64,000 nucleotides of DNA from Bugula neritina. Its lineage: Eukaryota; Animalia; Bryozoa. Below, in pieces: positions 36,903 to 49,697 of the stretch (position 1 is the first letter of the stretch; each line of letters begins with the position of its first letter). The notes under the pieces are model-generated. The model saw only the letters and a list, made by a program, of their open reading frames with translations, was not told the DNA's origin and did not search any database. Where the stretch lies: NCBI GenBank assembly GCA_964035545.1, contig OZ037767.1, positions 19,050,628 through 19,114,627 on the forward strand, written 5' to 3'. Made by a program: the position numbers and the translations under genes.

Positions 36903-39900
36903 ATGGATAATTTAAAATCGTTTGCTGGCGAAGCCTCTGCCCTAGTGGACCGCGCCAAACAGGTGGGAGAATAAAGTTTCTGTCTTTAACAGAATTTTTG
37001 CTTTCTGAAAATCAATATAATTAATATTAAGTTCACTGTCAATGTAAGTACCACTAACATATTGGGTCATTAAAAATAAATGCTAAGAGTAAGAGTTTAG
37101 CTTTGGGTGAAAACTAACTTTTAACTTTAAGAGAATACAGTTTTTAGTACTTGCTATCGTTATTGCTTTTACTATATTATCATTACTATTGGTAATAATA
37201 CATTACCATTGCTACTGCTATTACTATATTACTATTGCTATTACTATATAGTACCATTGCTATTGCCATTATTATTACTATTGAAAACTTTCATTTTGCT
37301 TTTTTGTGCCCAAGTTTTATTGTTACTTGCAATTCAGAGTACGGCTAAAGCAATTGTAACCTTTGCCATATCAACCAAATGGTTTGTAAACTAAGCCTTA
37401 TATTACTGCAACAATCCTACATACCAAAAATTATTATTCAGGATTTTTACCTAGAATTGATGGTCAAGTTGACAATAGTTAAATTGCCAATGGTTATGGT
37501 GTGGCTGAAGTGTAATGTAACAACTCTAACATTTGATTTGTATTCTGCAGTATACTGGGGAGAAGCTAGGCAGAGCAGAGCACACAGATTTAGATGATCA
37601 CATTAAAGAGCTTTTGCAAAAAGCTGACAAAGTTAAAGCTAAAACTGAACATTTACTTAAATGTACAGCCTCTGTCCTTCATCCAGATCCTAGTAGGTGT
37701 AGCAACTGTTCTAAAAAGAGTCACAATTTCGGCTAGGTGCAACTACTAATCTTTACATGACTAGTACTACTAATATTTACAAGTATTATTATAGTTACTA
37801 TTAGTATAGCAACCATTAGTATAGTGACTAGTGATAGTGTGAGTTGGTACATCTAGTAAGTTGTACCTGAGTAATTAATTTTGGTATGATGTAGTGGTGG
37901 TTTTATTATCAATAGGAGAGGTCTCAATATATAGAAGGTTGTATAAACCTCTAAACCTCTTATAATCACTAACTTATGATGCATTCGAACATTTAGATAC
38001 AACACTGGAAGTTTTTATTTTAAGTTTCCTAACAAATTTTGCTTCAAGGTGTAAGTTGCAACTATATCGATAGTCCATTCTTTGCTACATTTCTAATACG
38101 GATCGCATAGCATATTTCTAAATTTAAATATCACTGGACCTTCCTTTAGAGACTGTAGTGATTGTATTAACAGTAGTAGTATTAGCATCCGTAGGCTAAC
38201 AGTACTGTTAGCAGCAGCAGCAGTGGGCAGTGCTAGTGCTGCTACCACTAACTACTACTGCTATTTTTACCATTATTAATAATAGTAGTAGCGAGAGTAG
38301 TGGCATCGCTATTATATTTGATATTTAGTGACCACAACTAAAACAACAGCAGTGAATATAATGTTTTAATTTTTTAAGCTAAAGTCAGTTTTAATTTTTA
38401 AAAAATTAAATTTGGTTGATCAGTTGTTTGGTTGATTAGTAAAGTGCTGTTTTCACTAGGAAATGATAAAACACCTACTTTCCATCAATAATTTCTATTG
38501 ACAAACATTAGTATTGAAAGTCAAATAGCTCTTATGAATGCATTATTGAGAATTACATGATTTTGAAAATCATAATATTATTTCAAAATTACGTAGCTTA
38601 ACGAACATATTCCCATGATCTCTTCACATTAATTGTATTATAGAATATGTCCAGCTACTTGGTGGCAATTTGACTCATATATTAAAATCTTTATGCAGCC
38701 GACAGAGCCGAGGGGGTTGTACTCAATAAACTGGAAAAATTAGGATTTGAGAAGAAGAACCAGAAATCAACTAATCTGGCTCAATTGGGAGGAGCAATGC
38801 TGGAAGCTGGTGCTGTGTTTGAATCAAGTTCTTCTTACGGTGTGTGTTGTAGTGTTAAAGACAGTGGCATAAGCCCCCTCAGTCTCATGTACATTTTAGA
38901 TTTATTCACTCAGACTGAAATATTTATTATGTCAGCTTGACATGACTACTGGTGTTTTCAAATATACGTCGAGCCAACTGCTTAGTATTTCATGCTTTGC
39001 TATGTTGGCTCTCAATGTGTTGTATATTATGTTGTAAAATTGGTTACAAATTGCCTTAAAAATTTTTGTTGAGATTGGTTTTAAGTTGAAAATACTTCCT
39101 AAAGTTTAGTGCTAAAAATACTCATAAAATGTTGCTTATAAGTTTCCCCAACAAATGAATCAAGTCATCAATAGTGAATGTCAGACAATTGCAAAAAAGC
39201 ACGGTCTGGCACCATCAACAGTATTTCTTATTGCAATTCATTATGGCATTCTTTAGCCTCAGTTTGTTGAATAACTGGTTTTGATCAGCTTTCATACTAT
39301 TCTCAGGCAATTCTTTGCTCAAAGTTGGTGAGACTGAGCAGAAACTTGGAGATTGTGAGAAGACTTTTGTTTCGACAGCCACGAGTGAGTACCTGCAGCC
39401 CCTGAAAGCCTTCCTTGACACTGACATGAAGAACGTTATGGTTAGTAGGTCATCTCCTGTCAGCTAGTCAATCCTATTTAGTATTTACACACTATGCAAA
39501 CCCTACAGGCAGTTGATTAATTTCATTATCTCCAACATTTTGCTAGCTGTGTTTAAACTTATGGTGGAAGAAAATCAACTGCGAAAAGCACCAAGAAGCA
39601 TTTTATTTTTAGCTAATGGCAATTTTTTTCAATTGAATACACAGACTTTTGTCTTAAACAGGAGGCCTGTGTTGAAACTTTTAAAGTTTCAATGTATGTT
39701 CATCAAAAGTCTGTTTTAACAGCTTCGCCATGTGCTTCAGACAAACATCTTGTAGTGTTGAGTTTACCCATGAGCCGCTGTGGTGTAATCGCTAGCTTAC
39801 TTGCTTGCATTCCCAAATCCCAGTGAGTGCAAAATTTATATTTTACACGTATCATAATGTGAAATTTGGTCTTCAACTATAAATGTCGATAAAAACTATA

Positions 39901-42900
39901 GCCTATATAAAAGTTGCTGCTGTAGTAAAGCCAAGACAGCTTGGTAAATATTAGGTTTTTGTTTGTAGCACATAGAAATACATTTTAGTTAGGTCAGTGC
40001 CCATTCTCATGATTCTAGTTTTTGAGAACAAGAAATTACGCACAATCTAACCAGATTGAGTTTCCAAGTGAGTCAAGTTAAACTGTTTAGAAAATAGTAT
40101 AGTGAGAACATAGCTTTGCATTTTTAAAGATTAGCTTTTCAACTAGTGAAAATGAAAAAGATATTTACAGTAGAGAAATGGGGTGAATAAATGTATCTTA
40201 TATGCAATGAGCTTGCAGAATGCATATCTATTGGGTATTGTCTTACTCTCTGATCTGTATGTTTGTGCAGTCTTGTGCCTAATAGCATCCACATCAGCAC
40301 ATCATCAACCTACTCTGTTGACTCTGATATGTTTGTCATCTGATTCACAGAGTCAAAATGTAGCTGTACAACTATTTGCTGGTAGAGAAAGCAATAGCAA
40401 TCATGACTTGCGTAGAATAAAACCCATGCTTCATTTTAAATATAGAACATTGTAACATTATAACTAATAATCTACTGGTAGCACAGTAAAAACATTAGGG
40501 CTTGAGACATAGATATAGTATAACTTCTAATATGCAGAATTTATCACAGAACAGCTAAAGGTATATTTGTGATACAACCAATAACATATAGTACTAGAAT
40601 ATAATATATAATATACCAGAATAATAATATATTGGTAGTATAACTAATAATATAAAGACAAAGTATTGTACAATTATAATATACTTCCAGTATATAAAAA
40701 ACAAAAACAGTTTAACATTAAAAAAATTAAAACTAATCAAATAGTGTAATCAACAATTTAAAGATGATGTTTTATCAAAAAAATTTCTTAAAATACTACA
40801 TATTATTATTACAATGTTTTGGCCTATACAGAAAGGAAAGAAAGATCTGGAAGCTAAGAGGTTAGATTTGGATGCTGCCAAGAATAAATTGAAAAAAGCA
40901 AAGTCAAAGAAAGGGAACTCAGACGTGAGTTTATTTGTAAATATAAAACACATCATGATATCGTCGTATCATACGTTAGGAATTACATTACTATGTGTAC
41001 CATAAACTACACATTATTTTGTTAGGTATGATATAAATCTACGTAATATAACAGTGTGACCAGTACAATGTCATGTAGCAATTCATTTGTGATATGATTG
41101 CGTAAAAAGAATTACATCGAATTTTTGTCTTAACTTAAAATTTTGTTCAATTGATATGAAATAAATTCAATGATGATTATTTATCGAAGTCTAAGAAAGT
41201 TGAAAAAATAATATGAATTGCTAATTGACTGTTCGTTGGAGTTGTTTACACATGACTCAATCTGCCATGGTGCTTTTAGATTACTGTAAGGTATTATAGG
41301 GTTGAGTTCTAACTTTTCTATTAATTTTAATGTGATAATATTTATATGAAAAGCAGTAACTTACTTTTACAGTCTAATCTACTTAATTAGGTTTCAATAA
41401 TAATTGATTACAAGTGCAGACAACTCACAGTTTCAACCGTGTGTTGTATTATTTCTGTTATTCTTTGTAGGAGATGATTGCAAAGGTTTGTTGATATATT
41501 TTCAAGTCTTCCATTACTTACATGCTGTGTTTAGCTTATAGCTCACACATTATTTGCTAGCTAAAACTTTCCTTTATGTTGTTAGTGGAGCCTTCTGCTA
41601 CAATTATCAAACTAAAGATATCTAATCTGTAAAGCAATTTGTCACCAGCATGTGCAAGTGTAGTAAAAAGTGTGTTCGTGTACTGGAGAGAATGTTGATG
41701 TAGCAAAACTAGTGGTATTAGTGTGGTGGAAGAAGTATTGATGCATTGAAAAGCAGAGCTATGTTTGGATAGTGTTTCATTTGCTAACTAAAAGCGATGT
41801 CAATTTTTCTGGGTAAATTGAAATGGCATATTCTGGAGTTGTCTTCAGGTTCAAGTACAGTCAAATTTATTTGTTAATCTATAACCTTAGTTAGAGTCTG
41901 AGGTGAAACACGCCCAATCAGAGTTTGACAAACAGGCAGAGACCACTAAAGAACTTTTAGAAGGTAATTATAGTAAATCGCAGTCTCTTTAATGGGTCTA
42001 TACTACAAGGATAGGGGAAATGCAAATTATTATTATTCTTTTAATTTTCTTCTAATGTAGTTAAATTTATGGAGGTAAAATAATTGGATATTTTAAAAAT
42101 CCTTTTTAACGGCAAAGTGACTTTAACAATAAAATTATGCTTTTATTGATAGAATCAGATAAATTGAATAGTAATATTGTTTACGTTAGAACCGCATAGA
42201 GTTGGGTTTGTTTTTGGTTGAAAATGTTGCAGGCCATTGCTTCAATTCTACTGCTAAGTGAGTAGATGTTTTTTAAACTATTTTAATTGCAGTTATTTTC
42301 TGCTAAAACATGTTTGCCAATCATCAGACTGAAATTATAGCTTCACAAAACCATTCTGATTTTAGGAGTGAACCAGTTTTATGAGAGCCAAACAAAAAGC
42401 CTGAAGAAGTTTGTGGAGGCACAGGCTAATTATTATGCCAGCTGTCATCAGTATATGCAGGACTTGCAGCATCAACTGGACAGGTGTGGTGGCAGACTGT
42501 TTCTATAACTACATACTCTTCTAGTAACCTAGCTTGGCATTGGGGGCACTAGATATGTGATATGATCGACTGTACGTCACCTATACATGCTAATCTTGAG
42601 AACTGCTATAGTGTTGAGTTTACCCAGTGGTGAACCTTTGGGCTGAAGGAGTAGTAGAGAGGCCAGTGGAGCTCAGAAAATTATGTAGGATATAGTGTTG
42701 AGTTTACCCTACAGCTCTTGTGGCGTAATTAGCTATCGCTCCTGCCTGTAAGCCAAAATTCTGGGAGTAAATTATTTAACAACTGCCATTTTAAATTGCC
42801 TGAAAATTTTGTCATGAAATGGTAGAATTTCTGTTACACTCTGTTGATTGCTTGATAATCATGCTACTTTTAGAACCTATCATTTAACCATTATATGCTC

Positions 42901-43692
42901 CCTACCAGTGATTACCTAACTCATTCAGTAACAGTGTTGCTTATAAAATTGATTATTTCCAGTATTTTTTAGTTATAGCAGTTTGTTAAAAACATTTTTC
43001 ACAATTCGGGTGGGAGAAGTTAACTAAAATTACGTTACAGTGACATTTCTAGCACCACATAATTGCGCTCACGATCGCTAAGCAAAGATTAGATTTTGTG
43101 CAGAGGGCTATATATGATTTGTAAATTTTTAAATTGAGGGGGACTTCATAGCTCATTTCATTAGGAAAGTAAAGTTGATAGTATGAAAGTGACAAAATGC
43201 TACTCTTTGTTTCTGTATTGGCATAATCTAATTGCTTGTGTCTAGCTAAAATATATTAAACAGAGGTGCTTCAGGTTTCAGCTCTGCAGTAGTGGTAGCG
43301 TCAGAAGCAGCAGTACTGGTAATAGCAACAGTTTTAGTGGTAGTTGCCTTATAGGAATTGTTAGAATCTTTAGAAAGCTCTGCTCTTTGCTGCAGTTCCA
43401 TATTTAACTGTTGGTACATTGAGTGTGTGAAAGTATTACAAACACTCTAAAATTTATGAAACTCATTGGTTTATTATATTCTGCTATGTAACTGCAGTAA
43501 CTGTAAAGATTCTAGTATATTTCTTAATATTATATGCACCTACTTCTTTAACCAAAACTTCCAACCAAAACCCAGTGAGACAATGAAATTTGTTGATTGA
43601 GTAAATAGCAGACTATTCTTTCATATAAATCAATGGCAAAATATTTATATTTTGCATCACAATGTGTTTCGGTTTTATACTGTAGTTTATAA
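36903..43692 (+). CDS. Endophilin-B-like N-BAR protein, copy 2, 260 aa, no SH3 domain
   Basis: Exons 36903-36962, 37551-37692, 38699-38839, 39307-39440, 40832-40924, 41471-41485, 41891-41963, 42366-42483, 43686-43692. Exon lengths identical to copy 1 and reading frame intact. Confidence 0.9.
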
Positions 43693-45031
43693 CTGCCTGG
43701 AAAAACAACTGAACTAATTGGATGATGTCAGAAGAAACCGGTCAACAGAATTTGCTTCCACTGTCACATATAAAAAATATTGCTAAGTATATGAATAATT
43801 AATACCAAAATCTTCGAATTAATGCTCAATACTTTGTAAATTCTGCACTATGCTCTTGTGTGCTTTATACTGTTTTTAAACTTAACTAAGTGGGATTTAG
43901 CTCTACAGTTTTACAAACATACATGACTTTACTTTTACCAACTTGTGTAGCTTAGATTATTATTGTGTTTAGGTTTTGGTTTCTTTATTTATAGAACTTT
44001 GTATTGTAGCTCTAACTTCTAGTCTTTTTGCTAATGTCAATTATTCACGCATAATTTCGTTTTGTTTTCATAAACTTCATTTTATTATTTCTAACTTTGT
44101 TATGACAAATATCTTTCAATTTTACCTACAAACACAAATAAAAGCAAACCACCAAATAATGGTGTAGAGTAACTTTATTTATAATGATGATTTCATAAAT
44201 TTACCAAAAATATTTTGTCTTAAGCATTATTTAGTTATATGTTTAGACAAACAATAAATAGTGCAACACAGTAAATTTACAATTATGCCAAAAACTTTAT
44301 TTAGTAAACAAATACAACATATTCTAGCAAGCACAATATTTCAACTGTATCTGAAACTTATAAATGAAACAATTTTAACCAAGTTCTTTGCTGACTAAAG
44401 ATTCAACTCTTCTGATTTAATGTATTTATCACATTTGTGGAACAGACTATTATAGTGTTGGTTAGCTTCAGTGACAAAGCCATACTACAAAAGTATTGTC
44501 ATACGGAACAATTTTTGTTATTTTTCATCAAACTTGCATGCAATATTTTGCAAACGCTTCAATAATTTTACATATGGTATACCAGCTAGTATCAGCATAC
44601 CTGTTATTCAGTTAACATTAGTGCAGAGTAGTTTGAATGTATTTGCACTGAAAAACTTATTACACATTTCTATTTGAGTTACAGAATACTTTTGCATTTA
44701 TGCCAATGGGGTTTATAATTGTCGATCCTTCAAAAAAGCTACTTTTTATGCAAGCTGAGGAAGTATGATTTTTGTTCTATACATTGGGTCAATAGAAGAT
44801 TATGGCTGACCCTCTTCCTAACATTTCCAATCTTACGGAAGATCAAACCATGGACTATATATAATATGTGTTTACTAAGCCAAACCCCTTTAAACCATGG
44901 ATGCTTTATATAACAGTTCACGTATTATTTAACTTCATGAGGTTTTTGCTTAGATTGATATGTTTTGTCTTACTACTGGTCATATGCATAAAGTACTAGC
45001 TTGAGACAATGAATAGTTACAATTTACTCAC

Positions 45032-46875
45032 CCAACTCAAAGCCTCTGAGACTTTCTTTTGCAAACTAAGATATTCAATTAGCCAATTGCATAAGAGAAT
45101 TACGTCAGCACGTTTCGGCCGGTCCATAAAATCTATCACCAACTCCTTGACGTCTCTCATAACCTTACAATGTAGAAGCAGCTGTAGAGTAGTTCAATTA
45201 CACAATATCTATGTGAATTAGGTGGTAGTAAGATTTTAGTATTATAATATCATAATGATATACTCATAATTTTAGTTAAATCTCAAATTGATAGCACAAA
45301 CTCAAAAATAATTTAAGTTCTAACCAAAGATGAATTGTAATATTTTTTTCTGTTAATAAAAGAGCATGTCAACATTTTTTGTTATATAACAATTTATTTC
45401 CATATGCGACTAACTTTGACAATGTCTAAAAATGAATCATCAACACTCTCTTTGAGTTCCACTGCAGCATGAGAACAGGTTAGAGTTTTGACTGCTTTTC
45501 TTGCAGAAGTTGTGTCCACTGCAATAACCGGCTGGCTCCTTACGTAAGATGTTTGTTCTACAATATATGTTACATAATCAGATAATTCCAAAGTCGACCA
45601 CAATATAGCCTGAGGACATATGAAGTCACATGCTGGTCATGTGACCTCGTCAACAATAGTAAACAGAAAGGTTATGCTGGTTTGGCTGTAGGACTGCGTG
45701 TAAATGAAGTTAAGAAATAGCAGGTAGTTCTGGGCGAAACATGTTCTACCCTCTCTACTGTTTGATGCACATATAATTTGTGTATCTATGGGTTGCTTTA
45801 GGCTCAACTTCCAAACCGTTACAAGTAGCATGATAATTATTTACAATTTTCTGTTTAATGTTGGAAGATAATATTATTCTAACAGGCAACAAACGAATAA
45901 TTTGAAATATTAAAATGACATAATTTTTGCTTTAGTCTCATTCGAACTTAAAATTAAAAATATATAATATACAGTAAGTAGGCCTAAGTGTAGGTTCACC
46001 GTGATGTATATGAAGCATATTTAAACCTGGGTTCTAGCTTGCAATGAAAAGGGAAAGTGTTGTATGGTAATAAAGATAGCACTATGCCTACACCTTAGCC
46101 TATTTATTATTATGCATGTATTATAAAGATTTACCTGCACATATATAGACTGATAGAATAATATTATTCTATACCTACGCCAGACTTACCCAAAGCGTTT
46201 ATGGCACACACAATGGTGTCTAGCAGCATCTGATCTTCCATTTTGCAGTTGCTTATCTCTGCAAATCCAGCTTCCCATTGTTCCACTGATGTGCACGAAC
46301 TCTCCACTTTCTTCAACCTAGTAGACAATAATTTATAAAGTATATTATAATATATTATATCAAGTTTATTAGAGGCAATATTGCTTAATGTTTTATTTCT
46401 ATAACTATGGCAGTTTGTGACGAAGTAAAAAAGCAGAGGTTATGCAAAACAATATGCATCTCTTTGAAATCAGACTATGCAAATTTTTATAGTATTGGGC
46501 AATTGTTCTACAATTTTCTGTCATTTCTTATTAATTTTTCTTAATTATTTTCTTTTGATTTTTCTACATAAATTTTAATATAAACAAAGCTGAGTGTAGC
46601 TGGTTGTTTTACATGCAAAATAAAAAAATCTCTATTATCAACTATCATTATTACAGCCACTGCAATGTTTATTACAATGGCTGCTTGGTTGATTATATTT
46701 TTAAATTTTCTTTAAACTAGAGAATCAAACTCGGATCTATTACTCATCACGGCCATATTTACTTTCATCTTTATATTTATAGCTCTTCACTCATATTTAA
46801 ATGTATTCCTTACCCATCTAATATATATGCTACTATAACATTTCTAGTCTGAGGGAGGGAAACCTGTAGTGCCAT
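45032..46875 (-). CDS. Divergent Bcl-2-family protein B (terminal exon unresolved)
   Basis: Exons 46814-46875 (MALQVSLPQTRNVIVAYILDG), 46190-46317 (LKKVESSCTSVEQWEAGFAEISNCKMEDQMLLDTIVCAINAL), 45415-45518 (VDTTSARKAVKTLTCSHAAVELKESVDDSFLDIVK; least certain), 45032-45163 (VMRDVKELVIDFMDRPKRADVILLCNWLIEYLSLQKKVSEALSW). Intron phases 2,1,0,0 and the 132-nt exon ending in Trp are the same as gene A. WLIEYL resembles Bcl-2 WMTEYL. Confidence 0.7.
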
Positions 46876-49104
46876 GTTGTTAGATGTGTACCTTTTTCCC
46901 AGCCAGCCAAGAAAGCTAAAATAACATAAAAATTCTTTGAATATTTTGCATAATTTTATTTAAAAAATATATTAAGATCACATATAATATTTGTAAGCTT
47001 TTCACTTTTTCTGTTATACATGCATGCATGCATTTTTTCACTTTTGGACAAATATAACAAAACAAAGCTATATGAATATAACAGTTAAGCACACAGTGAA
47101 GCAGTCTAGCTACTTAGCCGGTTTAAAACACTGCTTTTTATAACTTGTTTAAAGAAAAGAAGTGATTCAAAAGTTTATCTTGCAAACAAAGTAGCCAGAG
47201 CTTTTTTAGCTTTCATGGTTATTCACTATAATATTACTGATCTAAGCTTGTAGTACAGCTTATCTATCTACAGTTGAATGCTGGGTTTTTATTTGTTAAA
47301 CAGTAAACATAACTACATTAGTGAAATATTATATTAAAATTAAATGTTAAAGTACACTCCATATTTATACTAGTGTATTTTAATTATAATACAGTTGTGT
47401 GAGTTAAAACTTAGAATTATTTATAGAAATTACTTTTTCTGTAAGAAATCCAATTTGTTATAGCTGAAACCATTTTTATAAAATTCACAAATTGAGTATT
47501 TACATGGCCTAAAAGTTGCATTTGAAAGTATTTGTGTAGAGAAATAATTTCATCAGATGCTATGCTAATATAATATGTAGATTGAGTGGTTATTTGGTAT
47601 TGAATTGTGCCTTCTTTAAAGTTAAAAAGCTGTGCATTTTATATATGTTGGAAGATAACAATTGATATATTTTTAAATACCTGCTAAAATATATATCATA
47701 ATTACATTAGATCATAACTATAAAACTGTGAGAATATATCAAGTTATTTAAAAAAAATGAAGAAAGGAAATTTTCTTTATGTTTTTTACTAATATTAATA
47801 AAAAAATTGAATTAATTAAACTGTGCAATTGATAGATTATGTTATAATTATACTCGGCTGTGTACTCCTGCATCAGTTGTTAAAAGTTTAACAATCATAG
47901 CTATTTAGCATTTCATAGTACAGTGCTCCTTCTATATCTCTCAGATCCATTTCTTACAAAAACTTAGAGGTCACTAGAAGGGCTTGGACCCGTTTTGTGG
48001 CTTATGTATATGTGTATAGAGACAAAATAGCCACATGTAATTGATCTGTGAGTTGAATATGATATTCTACTGCATCATGAATCGCAGCTTGCAGCTTAGT
48101 GAGTTACAAAGTACATTCAGTAGTCCATACACTATAGTCAGTGAGGAATCTTTTATTAAAATTATTGCTATAATTTGATTTTGGAGTTGTGATTCCAAAA
48201 TTCTTGTTCACAGATATTTGTTCAACAATCACCGCAGAACTCTGCCATTCTATTCAAAACGTAATTTATTTTATGTTTTTTTTTCAAAAATTCTTAATTA
48301 TACAAAAACGAGCAGTTTTATAGAAAATATCACTCTTTTGGAAACACCGTAGGCATTAGAAGGTAAAGTACTTATGAGAAAGCACATCAGTTTATAAAGA
48401 GACAAGATAAGTTACCCTCATTTTATATGTATAATATATAATTGTTCTGCTGAAACTATCTGTGGTATAAGGTTGAGTAAAGCTCAACAACTAGAGAACT
48501 ACATGTATAGCTGTCTTACCAGTTATATGTATATACAACGTACTGCTATTGTATATTACTTGCAGTATAATTATATAATTAAATAGTGTGATGGACGTCA
48601 AAAAAATGTAACATCAGCCACCTGGCACTAATGCAAGTAAATAAGTTTTTATAAGCAACTTGAATACACAAAGCTAACAACAACGTTTTCTTCTACATAA
48701 ATAATATTTATCCTCTGTGCAGTAGCCAGAATCGGTGTTCTATACAAACACAGCGTACAGCACATTGGAACATTTGATGTGCTGGTTTTTAAGTCTATGT
48801 ACTATACATAAATATATATGTGTAAATAGAAATATGAAAATAATGGTAACTAAATGAATATGTTCCTTTAGAGTCACTTATTTAGCACCAGCTATGATTG
48901 TAAATTTTATCAGTATGGGATGCAGCAAAATTTTAGTTTTTCTAAAAATAATTGATCTTCATTCAACTTGACCAGCCTTGATTCTAACTTCAAAGCAAAA
49001 TTATGCTCGTGTGCTTATTGCGAAACATGTAACTGGACTTGTTGCTAAACTGTGACAACTGCTATATATATAATAGTATATTGCGATTGCTTGATTTAAA
49101 ACTT

Positions 49105-49314
49105 GCGTGTGACGTGTGTGTGACGTGTGTGTGACGTGTGTGTGACGTGTGTGTGACGTGTGTGTGACGTGTGTGTGTGTGCGTGTGTGTGTGACGTGTG
49201 TGTGACGTGTGTGTGACGTGTGTGTGTGACGTGTGTGTGACGTGTGTGTGTGTGTGTGTGCGTGTGTGTGACGTGTGTGTGACGTGTGTGTGACGCGCGT
49301 GTGTGATGTGTGTG

Positions 49315-49347
<33 letters not shown>

Positions 49348-49439
49348 ACGTGTGTGTGTGACGTGTGTGTGACGTGTGTGTGTGACGTGTGTGCGTGTGT
49401 GTGCGTGTGTGTGCGCGTGTGTGCGCGTGTGTGCGCGTG

Positions 49440-49532
<93 letters not shown>

Positions 49533-49579
49533 TGGGTGTGTGTGTGTGTGTGTGGAGTGTGACGTGTGTGTGTGGAGTG

Positions 49580-49633
<54 letters not shown>

Positions 49634-49697
49634 TGTGTGATGTGTGTGTGTGTGTGTGGCGTGTGTGTATGGTGTGTGTGTGTGACATGTGTGTGTG
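49105..49697. repeat. Compound (GT)n / GTGAC microsatellite
   Basis: Visible directly; source of several spurious ORFs. Confidence 0.98.

Larger units (their letters stand above)
21480..43967. repeat. ~11 kb tandem segmental duplication (unit 1 21480-32537, unit 2 32538-43967)
   Basis: Collinear exons and introns in both units. At the junction TATTGTG|CCTTTTACATCC (32537/32538), the left side matches 43961-43967 and the right side matches 21481 onward. Confidence 0.92.

Noticed and set aside
45544-45693. Alternative exon 3 for Bcl-2-like B containing LYCGRLWNYL (similar to LYNPYVWRAL of gene A)
   Set aside because: Needs frameshifts and contains stops, whereas 45415-45518 splices in frame. 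Could still be a decayed ancestral exon.
45394-45831. Two in-frame minus ORFs with REGRT and IVDEV, suggesting a degenerate P-loop NTPase
   Set aside because: Motifs are poor; the 3' part is better explained as exon 3 of Bcl-2-like B.
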